From contig OZ219920.1 of assembly GCA_964291415.2 (NCBI GenBank), positions 1,312,001 to 1,376,000 of the forward strand: a stretch of 64,000 bases of DNA, read 5' to 3'. Positions within the stretch are counted from its first letter, which is position 1. Every line of letters starts with the position of its first letter. The notes beneath the pieces were generated by a model. It did not search any database. It saw only the letters and a list, made by a program, of their open reading frames with translations, and was not told the origin of the DNA. Below are positions 9,759 through 21,329 of this stretch, in pieces. The stretch is from Alphaproteobacteria bacterium. Its GTDB lineage: Bacteria > Pseudomonadota > Alphaproteobacteria > SP197. The translations under genes were made by a program, and so were the position numbers.

Positions 9759-11153
9759 TCAAGACGACCTCCTTGCTCTCCCTTGACGGTCCACGTACTT
9801 GCGTTTCAGTTCGGCCCGATGGCGGCGTTCGCCGACCCACCGGAATCCGCCAAACCAGACCTCGTTCACCTTGCCATCGCGCCCTCGTTCCAGTCGTGCC
9901 GGCTCGCCGTGAAGGCCGTAACCGCCTGAAAGGCTGATGGTCCCCTGGTCCTCTCCGGAAAGGGTAATCTCGTCGGCCGCGTTGAACGGGTCAAGACGGT
10001 CCGGCGGCGCCACGAGGACGCGGTTGCCGAAGGCCACGAGATCGACCGCCTCTCCGGAATTCCACCACCTGCCGGTCCATGAATGTGCGGAGGATCCGGG
10101 AAGTTGATTGTCCCGGAATGTCCTGAGGATTCGCACGATGCCGTCCGCCCACGCCTCGGCGGGGCCGTCGGTGGCATTGGTCAGAACGCAAAAACAGACC
10201 CTCGAGCCCGGCAACATCACCGTGCGGCTTCTGACACCCTGGAACGCACCGCCGTGGCCGGCCCACTCGAGTCCGCCAACGAACCCCAGACACATGCCGA
10301 GGCCATAGCCGTCATCTTCGGAGGTGTGGGGATCACGCCACTGCCAGCGGATCATGGCCCGCCGGCTTTCGGGTGTGAGAACGCTTCGTGGTGAGTCGGG
10401 ATCGAGGCTTGCGAAAAAGCGGACCAGATCGCCTGCCGTCGAGACGAAGCCGGTCGCCGCCGCCAGGGCATGGGTGGGATTGTCGGCGGGAATGACGAAA
10501 CGCCTGTCCAGCGGAAGGTTGGTGCCGTGCCCCCGTGCCAGGGGCGCCCCCCTGGCAACCGGCATGTCGGGCGTCGTTTCGCCGAGACCTGATGCGCGAA
10601 GGATGTTTCGCGTTGTCCACGACGCATAGGTTTCGCCGGTCACCGATTCGATCACCAGGCCGAGCAATCCGAACCCGTGATTGGAGTACTTCATGCGGCT
10701 GTCAGAGGGAATCACGAGCGGCTGGGCAAGGGCAGCGCGAAGTTCAGCCTCGTCGGCGAACGCACGCTCGTCGATCCATTGACCGGCATCCCTGCCGTCC
10801 CGCACCACGCCGGCGCCGTGGGAGAGGAGTTGAGAGAGCGTCGCGCTGGACACAGACGGGTGAAGTCCTTCGATGTAGTCTCCCGCCGGATCATCGAGGC
10901 GCAGCTTGCCTTCCTCCTTCAGACGAAGGATGGCCGCTGCGGTGAAGCTCTTCGAGTGGGAGGCGACCCGGAAACGGTGGCGCGGAGTCATCCGTTGCCG
11001 TCGCACGATGTCGGCATGGCCATAGGCCCTCTCGAACGTGACGCGCCCCTTGTGGGCGAACGCAAGGACACAGCCCGGTTGCCGGGTGAGACGCATCTGG
11101 AAGTCGAGCCACTCGTCCACATAGCGAATTGCGTTGCCGAGCCATTTCCTCAT
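9759..11153 (-). CDS. Serine hydrolase, beta-lactamase class C / PBP-like family
   Basis: SxxK 'ASHSK', YxN 'YSN', 'GHGG'. Confidence 0.88.
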   Translation of the reverse strand: MRKWLGNAIRYVDEWLDFQMRLTRQPGCVLAFAHKGRVTFERAYGHADIVRRQRMTPRHRFRVASHSKSFTAAAILRLKEEGKLRLDDPAGDYIEGLHPSVSSATLSQLLSHGAGVVRDGRDAGQWIDERAFADEAELRAALAQPLVIPSDSRMKYSNHGFGLLGLVIESVTGETYASWTTRNILRASGLGETTPDMPVARGAPLARGHGTNLPLDRRFVIPADNPTHALAAATGFVSTAGDLVRFFASLDPDSPRSVLTPESRRAMIRWQWRDPHTSEDDGYGLGMCLGFVGGLEWAGHGGAFQGVRSRTVMLPGSRVCFCVLTNATDGPAEAWADGIVRILRTFRDNQLPGSSAHSWTGRWWNSGEAVDLVAFGNRVLVAPPDRLDPFNAADEITLSGEDQGTISLSGGYGLHGEPARLERGRDGKVNEVWFGGFRWVGERRHRAELKRKYVDRQGRARRSS

Positions 11154-11199
11154 GCCTTGCCTCCCTTCACCTTCGGGTTTGGTGGATGCCCGTCATGCC

Positions 11200-12142
11200 T
11201 CATTCCGGTGCGTGCATGCGCTCGCCCTCGCGCAGAAGGACACCGGCACGTGTTGCGAGAAGAGTGTCGAGCCAGTCAGGGTCCATCTCCGGCACCGATG
11301 CGAGAAGCATCTCCGTGTACTCGCGATGCGGCGGTTCCAGGATTTCGCTGGTGGCTCCATGCTCGACCACCCTGCCCTCGAGCATGACCACGATCTCGTC
11401 CGAAATGACCTTCACTGTGGCAAGGTCCGTGCGTGATGAAGAGGTAGGATACACCCAGTTCGTTCTGCAGCCGTTGCAGGAGTTTCGGGATCTCCGCCGC
11501 AACGAGCTGGTCGAGTGCCGGCGTCACTTCGTCACAGTTGATGAGATCCGGCTGTGCGGCAAGGGTGCGGGCGATGGCGACATGCTGTTTCTCGCCACCC
11601 GAGAGTTCGGACGGATAGCGGCCGGCATAGTGGTCGGGCAGCTCGATCTGCTCCAGTAGTTCCCTGACCCGGTTCTGTTTCTTTGCACCTCGCATGGTAG
11701 AGAGTCCCAAGAGGATGTGTCCGGCCTCGGCCGGCAGGAGACCGGTGATCACGCGCGCCAACGTACTCGTGCTGCCTCCAGATTCACCAACCAACGCGAC
11801 CGTCTTGCTTCTGGTAACTTCATGTCTGAGCCCCGGGACGCCATCAACGCAGGTAGCCGACACGTCACTCATCTCGAGAAGACGCTGTCCCTTCTCCGGG
11901 TGCGCAACCCTCTCACCACCTCCCTTGCGTACTGACAGGAGTTCCCGCGGGTCGCTCCTGCGAGGATTGGCACGAAGGAACTCCGTGCGGCCTTCCTCCA
12001 CGAGATCGCCCTGGCGCAGGACCATGATGCGATCGGCGACCTGCGGGACCACGGCCAGATCACGTGTGATGCACATGGCTGCCGAATTGAGATCCTTGAT
12101 GGCCGCGAGGACCTCGATCTGCGTGGTCACGTTGAGTGCCAT
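11200..12142 (-). pseudogene. Degraded fused dipeptide/oligopeptide ABC ATPase (two NBDs)
   Basis: First NBD reduced to 'ALNVTTQ...DRIMVL'; Walker A degenerate (GESGGSTST); internal deletion; +1 frameshift near 11428 (FITH / DLATVK). Confidence 0.85.
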
Positions 12143-12354
12143 TGTCGTCCCTCGAGCCGGTTCTGGGCACGCATCATGATGGCGGGATCGACCGCTGTGG
12201 CAACGAGCCTCGACAACCAGGTCATATGGCCTCATTCCATGTGTTCCGGCGCGGAAGATCCGGCGTGAGCAGCCGGCTGCGTTCACGCGATTGATCGCGT
12301 GACGGAGTTCGGATTAGGGTGCCGCTGACCCGTCACTTCAGGAAGACATCGACC

Positions 12355-13545
12355 GTGAACACGATCCCTTCCCGCCCCTCCTTCAAGTGGGACGACCCGT
12401 TTCTGCTCGACGAACAGCTCGACGAGGACGAACGCATGATCCGCGATTCCACGCGGCAGTTCTGCGAGGACTACCTGGCGCAGCGGGTGACGAAGGACTT
12501 TCGCGAGGAGGCCGGGGACCGCGAGATCATCCGCCGCATGGGCGAGATGGGACTGCTTGGGGCGACAATCGACGGCTATGGCTGTGCGGGCATCAGTCAG
12601 GTCGCATACGGTCTCATCGCCTTCGAGATCGAGCGGATCGACAGCGCCTACCGTTCCTCGGCCTCGGTGCAGTCGAGCCTGGTGATGCACCCCATCCACG
12701 CTTTCGGAACCGAGGAACAGCGCCAGAAGTACCTCCCGGCACTGGCCAGCGGCGCCATGGTCGGGGCATTCGGTCTCACCGAGCCCGATCACGGCTCCGA
12801 TCCCGGTTCCATGACCACCCGGGCGCGCGCGGTGGCCGGCGGATACCGGTTGAACGGCGCGAAGATGTGGATCTCGAATTCGCCAATCGCCGATGTGATG
12901 GTGGTCTGGGCCAAGGATGACGAGGGCGCCATCAGGGGTTTCCTTATCGAACGAGGCATGGAGGGACTGTCGACTCCGGAAATCGAGGGAAAATTCAGTC
13001 TGCGCGCCAGTCCGACCGGCGAGATCGTCATGGAGAATGTCTTCTGTCCGGAGGAGAACGCATTCCCGGAGATCCGCGGTCTGAAAGGCCCCTTCAGCTG
13101 TCTCAACAACGCCCGCTACGGCATCGCCTGGGGAGCACTCGGGGCAGCGACCTACTGCTGGCAGGCAGCCCGCTCCTACACGCTGGAACGCACCCAGTTC
13201 GGGCGGCCGCTGGCCGCCAACCAGCTCATTCAGAAAAAACTTGCCGACATGCAAACGGAGATTGCCGTCGGACTGCAGGCCTGCCTGAGGGTGGGTCGCC
13301 TCAAGGCAGAAGGCCGGGCAACACCGGAGATGGTCTCTCTCATCAAGCGCAATTCATGCGGCAAGGCACTCGATGTTGCCCGCGCATCCCGCGACATGCA
13401 CGGCGGCAACGGGGTGAGCGATCAGTACGGTGTCATTCGCCACGTGCTGAACCTCGAAGCCGTCAACACCTACGAGGGCACTCATGACATCCACGCCCTC
13501 ATTCTCGGCCGCGCCCAGACCGGAATTCAGGCCTTCACTGGCTGA
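12355..13545 (+). CDS. gcdH: Glutaryl-CoA dehydrogenase (acyl-CoA dehydrogenase)
   Basis: '[13 protein letters not shown]', '[15 protein letters not shown]', '[29 protein letters not shown]'. Confidence 0.9.
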   Translation: MNTIPSRPSFKWDDPFLLDEQLDEDERMIRDSTRQFCEDYLAQRVTKDFREEAGDREIIRRMGEMGLLGATIDGYGCAGISQVAYGLIAFEIERIDSAYRSSASVQSSLVMHPIHAFGTEEQRQKYLPALASGAMVGAFGLTEPDHGSDPGSMTTRARAVAGGYRLNGAKMWISNSPIADVMVVWAKDDEGAIRGFLIERGMEGLSTPEIEGKFSLRASPTGEIVMENVFCPEENAFPEIRGLKGPFSCLNNARYGIAWGALGAATYCWQAARSYTLERTQFGRPLAANQLIQKKLADMQTEIAVGLQACLRVGRLKAEGRATPEMVSLIKRNSCGKALDVARASRDMHGGNGVSDQYGVIRHVLNLEAVNTYEGTHDIHALILGRAQTGIQAFTG

Positions 13546-13553
13546 CGAGAGCG

Positions 13554-13582
13554 TTGACAATTGCGATCCGGAGACATAGTTA
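13554..13582 (+). promoter_or_regulatory. Candidate sigma70 promoter
   Basis: TTGACA (13554-59), 17-nt spacer, TAGTTA (13577-82). Confidence 0.5.
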
Positions 13583-13636
13583 ACCGGATCAAGGGGAATG
13601 ATCGCCCCTGGATGATCCGCCTTCTCAAGGCGGGTC

Positions 13637-13684
13637 CGCGGGATTTGATAGGGCAGCTTGCGTCCGCGATACCAACCGCTAAAG
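13637..13684 (+). ncRNA. SAM-II (SAM-alpha)-like riboswitch aptamer
   Basis: CGCGG-GATTTG-N8-GCTTGCG-TCCGCG...GCTAAAG matches the SAM-II pattern; P1 (CGCGG/CCGCG) intact, pseudoknot P2 imperfect. Confidence 0.6.
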
Positions 13685-13851
13685 CGCCACGGATCGTTCT
13701 CCGTGGGCCCTGAAGGGACCGGAGACCGATCTTGCCTTCTCCTACAGCATTACAGGATCACCACTGTCGGCGCGAGACGGCAGCGGAGTTCCACGGGATT
13801 GTCCCGGCAGCGGCCATGCCTTCTGGCGGCGGAGCGGCCCTGACGGGATAG

Positions 13852-14976
<1,125 letters not shown>

Positions 14977-15035
14977 TGGACGAAAGGCCCTGCTTCATGT
15001 GATGGTCCGGCCCCACTCCAGGAGGGTTGCCGTTC

Positions 15036-16199
15036 ATGCCCGACGGGCCGCTCAATGACATCACGGTCATCGACCTGACACGGGTCCTCGCCGGACCCTA
15101 CTGCACCATGATGCTGCACGACCTCGGTGCGCGGGTCATCAAGGTCGAACAACCGGGATCAGGCGATGATGCCAGGGAAATCGGACCATTCCTGGGGCCG
15201 CTCTCGGGCTACTTTGCCTCGATCAACCGCGGCAAGGAGAGTATCGCGCTCGATCTCAGGAACGACAGTGACCGCAAGGTGTTCGAGCTGCTTCTTGGTT
15301 CCGCCGACGTGCTCATCGAGAATTTCCGGCCCGGCGTCATGGAGCGCCTCGGCTATCCGTGGGCAGTTCTGAAGGAACGGCATCCAGGCCTCGTCTATGC
15401 TGCCGTGTCCGGATTCGGCCAGAATGGCCCCTACAGCAACCGACCGGCATACGATCTGGTTGTCCAGGCCATGGGCGGGGTCATGAGTCTCACCGGACAT
15501 CCGGGAGGCGAACCGACGCGTGTCGGCACCTCGATCGGTGACATTGCGGCGGCTCTCTTCACGACAGTCGGCATCACGTCGGCCCTCCACCACAGGGCGC
15601 GAACCGGTGAAGGGGGCATGATCGACGTGGCGATGCTCGATTGCCAGATCGCCATACTGGAGAATGCGATCGTCCGCCATGCCGCCACCGGCGAGATCCC
15701 CGGTCCGCTTGGCACACGCCACCCTTCGATCGTGCCCTTTGACGCATTCAGGACCGGTGACGGCCACATCGTCATTGCGGCAGGAAATGACGACCTCTTC
15801 CAGAAGCTCTGCGATGTCCTCGAACTCCCGCACCTTGCCGCCGACGGCCGCTTTGCCACCAACGCCATGCGGGCGGGTCACGTCGATGCCCTCCAGGAGG
15901 AGCTCGAGAAGGTGCTGACCGGCAGACCGGGTGAGCACTGGCTCGCCCTGCTTCAGGATGCCGGGGTTCCCTGCGGTTCCATCAACACGGTCGCGGATGT
16001 CATGGCTGACCCACACGTTGCGTCGCGCAACATGATCGTCACTGCCGAGGATGCCCGGGCGGGTGCCATCAGGATGTCAGGCAACCCCATCAAGTTTTCC
16101 GCGTTCGATGATCCTGCGCGACGCGGCAACGTCCCGGGTCTCGACGAACATCGCGAGTCGATTCTCCGGGAACTTCGCGACAGGGAATCAGCCGGATGA
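15036..16199 (+). CDS. CaiB/BaiF family III CoA-transferase
   Basis: 'DLTRVLAGP', 'NRGKESIALDL', 'ENFRPG', 'YDLVVQAMGG'. Confidence 0.92.
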   Translation: MPDGPLNDITVIDLTRVLAGPYCTMMLHDLGARVIKVEQPGSGDDAREIGPFLGPLSGYFASINRGKESIALDLRNDSDRKVFELLLGSADVLIENFRPGVMERLGYPWAVLKERHPGLVYAAVSGFGQNGPYSNRPAYDLVVQAMGGVMSLTGHPGGEPTRVGTSIGDIAAALFTTVGITSALHHRARTGEGGMIDVAMLDCQIAILENAIVRHAATGEIPGPLGTRHPSIVPFDAFRTGDGHIVIAAGNDDLFQKLCDVLELPHLAADGRFATNAMRAGHVDALQEELEKVLTGRPGEHWLALLQDAGVPCGSINTVADVMADPHVASRNMIVTAEDARAGAIRMSGNPIKFSAFDDPARRGNVPGLDEHRESILRELRDRESAG

Positions 16200-18586
16200 G
16201 GAGATTCGTGCGCCGTATGGCCAGCGTCCTCCTTGTCATCCTGCTGATGGTGCCGGCCATCGGCGCCGGCCTTTACGTCTGGCTCAGGACCTCGCTTCCC
16301 GACATTGACGGCACGATTGCAGTCGAAGGCGTCTCCGGGCCCGTCGACATCCTGCGCGATGAATGGGGCATTCCCCACATCCACGCAAGCTCGCCCGAGG
16401 ACGCCTACTTCGGACTCGGTTTCGTTCACGCCCAGGACCGCTTCTTCCAGATGGAGATGCAACGCCGTGGCGCTCAGGGACGGATCGCGGAACTCGTGGG
16501 TTCGCTGGCTGTCGACAACGACCGGTTCCTGCGCTTGCTTGATCTCTACCGAGCGGCACGTTCGTCCCTTGCCTCCCTTTCTCCCGAAACGCGTGCCGTC
16601 CTCGAGGCCTATTCGGCAGGCGTGAATGCCTGGCTCGCCACACACTCCGGGCCTCCGGCGCCGGAACTGGCGCTTCTGCTGGCCGGCGAGCCTGGACCCT
16701 GGCATCCCGCCGATTCCGTCTCCTGGCTGAAGGTCATGGCCCTATTGCTCTCGGGAAACTGGCGCGAAGAGGCGCTGCATGCGGCGCTGGTGCAGCGACT
16801 GGGAGCGGAGAAGGCTGCGAGTTTCTTTCCCTCCTCTCCCGACAGTGGCACAACCGTCATCGGCCTCGATGAAGGCTTTGATTTCGCGGAATTCGCGACA
16901 CTCTTCGCCCGTCTCCTTCCCGACACCAACAACGGCTCCAACAACTGGGCGGTGAGCGGCGAACATACAGTTTCGGGATTCCCGCTCGCCGCCAACGACC
17001 CCCATCTCGGCTTCGCCATCCCCGCGGTCTGGTATCTCGCCCACCTGGCGGCGCCCGGACTGAACGTTGCCGGCGCCACCATGCCCGGCTTGCCGCTGGT
17101 TCTCGTCGGCACCAACGGCGCCATCGCCTGGACGCTTTCCAACACCGGACCCGACACCCAGGATCTCTTCATCGAACGTCGTGACCCCGACAACCCGGAT
17201 CGCTACCTGACGCCTTCCGGATCGCTGCCCTTTGCGGTGCGCGATGAAACCATCGCCGTCAGGTTTGCCAGAAATCAGCAGGTCACGATGCTTGAAACCC
17301 GCCACGGTCCGGTCCTGACAGGCATGGTCAGTTCCCTCGAAGGCGACACCGACGACGACGAAGTGCTCGCACTCGCCTGGACCATGCTGCATGACGATGA
17401 TCAGAGCGCGACTGCGGCACTTCTCCTCCACACGGCCGAGAACTGGCAGGCCTTCAACAGCGCAGGCCGCAACTTCGCCGGTCCGATGCAGAACATCATC
17501 TATGCCGACAGGGACGGTTCAATCGGAATGCTGTCTCCAGGGCTCGTGCCCGTGCGCCGCTCCGGTGACGGCCGCCTTCCGGTCGAAGGGAGTTCCGGCG
17601 AAGCGGACTGGATAGGACGCATCCCCTTCGACGAACTGCCCCGCGTGCTGGACCCGCCGTCCGGAATCGTCGCTGCGGCCAACAGCCGCCCGGTCGGCAA
17701 GGACTACCCCTACTTCCTCAGTCATCGTTGGGAACCTGAATGGCGGGCGCAGCGCATTCATGGCGTTCTGGAAGGCGGGACACCTCACGACCCGACCAGC
17801 TTCTTCCGCCTCCAGCTTGACACATGGTCGGGTCTTGCCTCGGCCCTGGTTCCCCATGCGCTGGCCGGCGAACCGCAGACCACGGCCGGCCGATTGTTGC
17901 AGATTCGCCTGGAGGACTGGGACTACTCCATGGATGCCGACCTTGTAGCGCCCACGATCTTTCATACCTGGTATCGCGCTCTCACGCGGGCCATCTACGC
18001 GGACGAACTGGGCGACCTCTTCGCAAGGGCATGGAGGGACCGCCCGCTCTTTACTCTTGCAACGCTCGGCGATGACGTCCATGGCTGGTGCAACGATACC
18101 CTGACCGGCGAGACCCTCACGTGTGCCGAGGTCTCCGGCCGCGCCCTTGACGAGGCAGCGGACACGCTTGCCAGGGCACATGGCAGTGACCCGTCCCGCT
18201 GGGTCTGGGGTGATGTCCACGCGATGCACCTGCACCACCCTCTGTTTGGTCTCGTTCCCGTTCTCGACGCCCTGACCGGTGTCAGCATCCCGTTGGGCGG
18301 TGACGGCTACAGCGTCGCTGCCACGAGCTACCGTCTCGCGTCCGGAGAGGAGACGTTCAACACCTTCCACGGTCCGGTACTGCGCGCCGTGATCGACCTC
18401 GACGATCCCGTGACAGGACACTTCATCACCATGCCCGGACAGTCAGGCAACCCCCTGTCGCCGTACTATGACAACCTGGTTGAGCGCTGGCATGCCAATC
18501 AACCTGTGGCCATTGTTCCAGGCGGCAGGATCGCCAATGCCGCCCATCACCTCGTTCTCACGCCCGCCAGCCCGACAACACCGTAA
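16196..18586 (+). CDS. Penicillin acylase family Ntn-hydrolase (membrane-anchored)
   Basis: 'RDEWGIPHI', 'HAQDR', nucleophile 'GSNNW', 'ANDPHL', 'GQSGNP'. Confidence 0.92.
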   Translation: MRRFVRRMASVLLVILLMVPAIGAGLYVWLRTSLPDIDGTIAVEGVSGPVDILRDEWGIPHIHASSPEDAYFGLGFVHAQDRFFQMEMQRRGAQGRIAELVGSLAVDNDRFLRLLDLYRAARSSLASLSPETRAVLEAYSAGVNAWLATHSGPPAPELALLLAGEPGPWHPADSVSWLKVMALLLSGNWREEALHAALVQRLGAEKAASFFPSSPDSGTTVIGLDEGFDFAEFATLFARLLPDTNNGSNNWAVSGEHTVSGFPLAANDPHLGFAIPAVWYLAHLAAPGLNVAGATMPGLPLVLVGTNGAIAWTLSNTGPDTQDLFIERRDPDNPDRYLTPSGSLPFAVRDETIAVRFARNQQVTMLETRHGPVLTGMVSSLEGDTDDDEVLALAWTMLHDDDQSATAALLLHTAENWQAFNSAGRNFAGPMQNIIYADRDGSIGMLSPGLVPVRRSGDGRLPVEGSSGEADWIGRIPFDELPRVLDPPSGIVAAANSRPVGKDYPYFLSHRWEPEWRAQRIHGVLEGGTPHDPTSFFRLQLDTWSGLASALVPHALAGEPQTTAGRLLQIRLEDWDYSMDADLVAPTIFHTWYRALTRAIYADELGDLFARAWRDRPLFTLATLGDDVHGWCNDTLTGETLTCAEVSGRALDEAADTLARAHGSDPSRWVWGDVHAMHLHHPLFGLVPVLDALTGVSIPLGGDGYSVAATSYRLASGEETFNTFHGPVLRAVIDLDDPVTGHFITMPGQSGNPLSPYYDNLVERWHANQPVAIVPGGRIANAAHHLVLTPASPTTP

Positions 18587-18598
18587 AGGACCCCGCTT

Positions 18599-19456
18599 GT
18601 GCAGACATCCATCGTGAAACGCGGTCAAGCCCCTCTACTCGTCAGTTTCCCTCACGTCGGCACCTGGCTTCCCGCGGCAATCGCCGACCGGATGACACCG
18701 ATTGCCCGGCACCTTCCTGACACCGACTGGCATGTCGACAGGCTCTACACCTGCACTGATGACCTCGATGCGACCGTGGTGACCGCCACCCATTCCCGCT
18801 ATGTCGTCGACCTCAACCGGGCGACGGACGAACGGATCCTCTATCCGGGAGAGGACACCTCCGAACTGGTCCCCCTCACGACCTTCGACCACGAGGAAAT
18901 CTACCTCCCCGGACAGCGTCCCGACTCCCGGGCAATCGAGGAACGCATCGCGCTTTACTGGAAGCCCTGGCACGACACTCTCGCTGGCGAAATCGCCAGG
19001 CTGCGGAAGCACCATCGGCAGATCGTCCTTCTCGATGGTCACTCGATCCGCTCCGAAGTGCCGCGCCTCTTCGATGGCAGGCTGGCCGACTTCAATGTCG
19101 GAACGGCGGACGGCGCGGCGGCCCACCCGGAACTCCTCGAGCAGGTGGTGGCCCCTCTGACAGCGCAGAACGCGTTCAGCGTCGCCGTCAATGGTCGCTT
19201 CAAGGGGGGCTACATCACCCGCCACTACGGCAGGCCATCACGCGGTGTCCATGCCATCCAGCTGGAACTCTCCCAGGCGATCTACATGGAAGAGATCCTG
19301 CCCCTGCGCTGGCGTGACGACTCTGCGCGGAGCGTTTGCGACATCATCAGGCGATACGTGACAGCAGCCCTCGACTGGATCAACAGCGACACCGGCTCCG
19401 GCGTACCTCTTCAGGACCATTCAAGGTCTGAAACATCGGGTGTCAGCGAACGGTAG
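18599..19456 (+). CDS. hutG: N-formylglutamate deformylase/amidohydrolase
   Basis: 'PHVGT', 'DTDWHVDRLY', 'SRYVVDLNR', 'NGRFKGGYITRHYG', 'HAIQLE'. Confidence 0.9.
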   Translation: MQTSIVKRGQAPLLVSFPHVGTWLPAAIADRMTPIARHLPDTDWHVDRLYTCTDDLDATVVTATHSRYVVDLNRATDERILYPGEDTSELVPLTTFDHEEIYLPGQRPDSRAIEERIALYWKPWHDTLAGEIARLRKHHRQIVLLDGHSIRSEVPRLFDGRLADFNVGTADGAAAHPELLEQVVAPLTAQNAFSVAVNGRFKGGYITRHYGRPSRGVHAIQLELSQAIYMEEILPLRWRDDSARSVCDIIRRYVTAALDWINSDTGSGVPLQDHSRSETSGVSER

Positions 19457-19926
19457 TGTCCCTGGAAGTAGAGAAGAGGATCGGCCGGATCACCCAGCAT
19501 CATCGAAAAGGCCTCGCCGACAAAGATGACGTGATCACCGCCATCGTAGTGGAACCGCGTGTAGCACTCGAAGCGCGCCAGTGAACCCGGAAACATCGGG
19601 CATCCCGTCACGCCGGTCTCATAGGCGACATCCTTCCACTTGTCGACCGATGCCCGGGCGAAACGATCGGAGAGGGCGCGCTGGCGCGTCGACAGGATGT
19701 TCACGGCGAAGAAATCCGATGTTTCGAACTTGTTGAGACTGTGCGCTTCGCGGGACAGGCTGAACAGCACCATGGGCGGATCGAGCGACACCGCGTTGAA
19801 GGAATTCGCCGTGATTCCGAGGAGTTCGCCGTCGCGCGTCGAGGACGTGATGATCGTCACGCCAGTCGCGAACATGCCCAGTGCATCGCGCAACTGGCGT
19901 TTGGTGAAGGTCCGCTTGCGACTCAT
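19411..19926 (-). CDS. Flavin reductase (HpaC/DszD-like)
   Basis: 'LRDALGMFATGVTIIT', 'SFNAVSLDPP', 'GGDHVIFVG'. Confidence 0.92.
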   Translation of the reverse strand: MSRKRTFTKRQLRDALGMFATGVTIITSSTRDGELLGITANSFNAVSLDPPMVLFSLSREAHSLNKFETSDFFAVNILSTRQRALSDRFARASVDKWKDVAYETGVTGCPMFPGSLARFECYTRFHYDGGDHVIFVGEAFSMMLGDPADPLLYFQGHYRSLTPDVSDLEWS

Positions 19927-20069
19927 GCCACCACCCATGCCTCCCCAGCCGTTGTACCAGCTAAGGCTGCCAACCGCCACTAGGACCTTTGTCTCGTGGA
20001 ACGCAACCGTGGCCGGCTACACCTGTCAGCCGGCCTGGCGCGGGCGCGCAGTGCGCCGCCAGATGCCGG

Positions 20070-20960
20070 TCACGTCTGCGCTGTTCTGCGTTCCGTGACG
20101 AGATACATCGCCACGGCCAGCAGGGCGACCGCTCCCCAGACCCACGCCGAATGGCTCTCCTGCCACAGCACGATGCCCCAGATGACACCGGACACCATGA
20201 CGAGGTAACCGGCGAACATCGCGAATACCGGACCCGCCGCAGAGATCAGGTAGAGAAAGATCACGTAAGAGGTCACGTTGATGACGGCAATGCTGCCCAC
20301 GGCCGCGGACACTCTATCCCACCCGGGCAGCAGGGCATCTGCAGAACCGCCAAGCAGCACCACTGGCAGCAACACAAGAGCGCTGGAAAGCAGCATGCCC
20401 GCCACCAGCATGATGGCATCGCCTTCCGGTGGTCGCCTGAGAGCAACGATCAGGCCTTCAATGGCATAGCACGTGGGAATGAACAATGTGATGAGGAGCC
20501 ACGCGGTCAGGGACTCCAGCCCGATCTCGAGATCCGGGAGAACGATGAGAAGCACGGCGGCAAAGCCCAGGGCAACGCCGGCAAGACGCCAGAATCTGTG
20601 CGGTTCAAATCCGAGAACGAGTGCGCCGAAGTAGGTGAAGATGGGTGCAAGCGCGATCACTATGGCGATCATGCCGGCCCCGACTTCGGGGGAGGCCGCA
20701 AAGATGATGGCCGTCGGGATCGTGGTCCCGGTGAAGCCGCACACCGTGTAGAACCACATGTGACGCCAGGACAGGTGGAACCTCTTGCCACGCACAAGCG
20801 TCAGGGCCAGGAGCACAAGTCCGCCGGCCAGGGATTGCAGGAACGTTGCATTGAGAGTATCCGCCCCCTCGGTCGTGGCCAGCCGCGCCAGACTTGGCAC
20901 CACGCCCCAGGCGATACCGATGAAGAGCAGGCAGGCTGTCAGCCACAACTGTCGACCCAT
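20070..20960 (-). CDS. DMT/EamA family transporter
   Basis: About 10 TM helices in two EamA repeats; start placed at MGRQLW. Confidence 0.85.
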   Translation of the reverse strand: MGRQLWLTACLLFIGIAWGVVPSLARLATTEGADTLNATFLQSLAGGLVLLALTLVRGKRFHLSWRHMWFYTVCGFTGTTIPTAIIFAASPEVGAGMIAIVIALAPIFTYFGALVLGFEPHRFWRLAGVALGFAAVLLIVLPDLEIGLESLTAWLLITLFIPTCYAIEGLIVALRRPPEGDAIMLVAGMLLSSALVLLPVVLLGGSADALLPGWDRVSAAVGSIAVINVTSYVIFLYLISAAGPVFAMFAGYLVMVSGVIWGIVLWQESHSAWVWGAVALLAVAMYLVTERRTAQT

Positions 20961-21329
20961 GGTGATGCACTCTTCACTGTCGTTCCGTCGCCAGGAAGAC
21001 AGCTGAGCTCTCGTCCCGTGAGTGGCGCAAACCACTCTATCCCGGGAACCCCTGCCAGCAACAGGGTCCGATGATCGGGGTCCCGCATCCGGGTGCATCG
21101 GCGATCAACGCCCTGAACACCTGCGTTCCGTTTTGCCAACAGCGCGTCGAGGCGCAGGCTCTCGCCGGAAGCACCGTTCAACCCAACCGGTGTTCGCGCG
21201 GACGTGCGCCGTTCCCGTCACCGCATGGCCGCAATGCGACGTAGTGCTCGGCGATCGGATGTTTCGGACGAGCGAGGCTTGCCCGTTTTCGGAATTGCAC
21301 CTGCACCCGGGGCGTGACAACAATTTTCC

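Noticed and set aside
20961-21329. Possible riboswitch in the divergent EamA/MttB intergenic region
   Set aside because: Only generic GC hairpins; no cobalamin, glycine or SAM consensus recognised.
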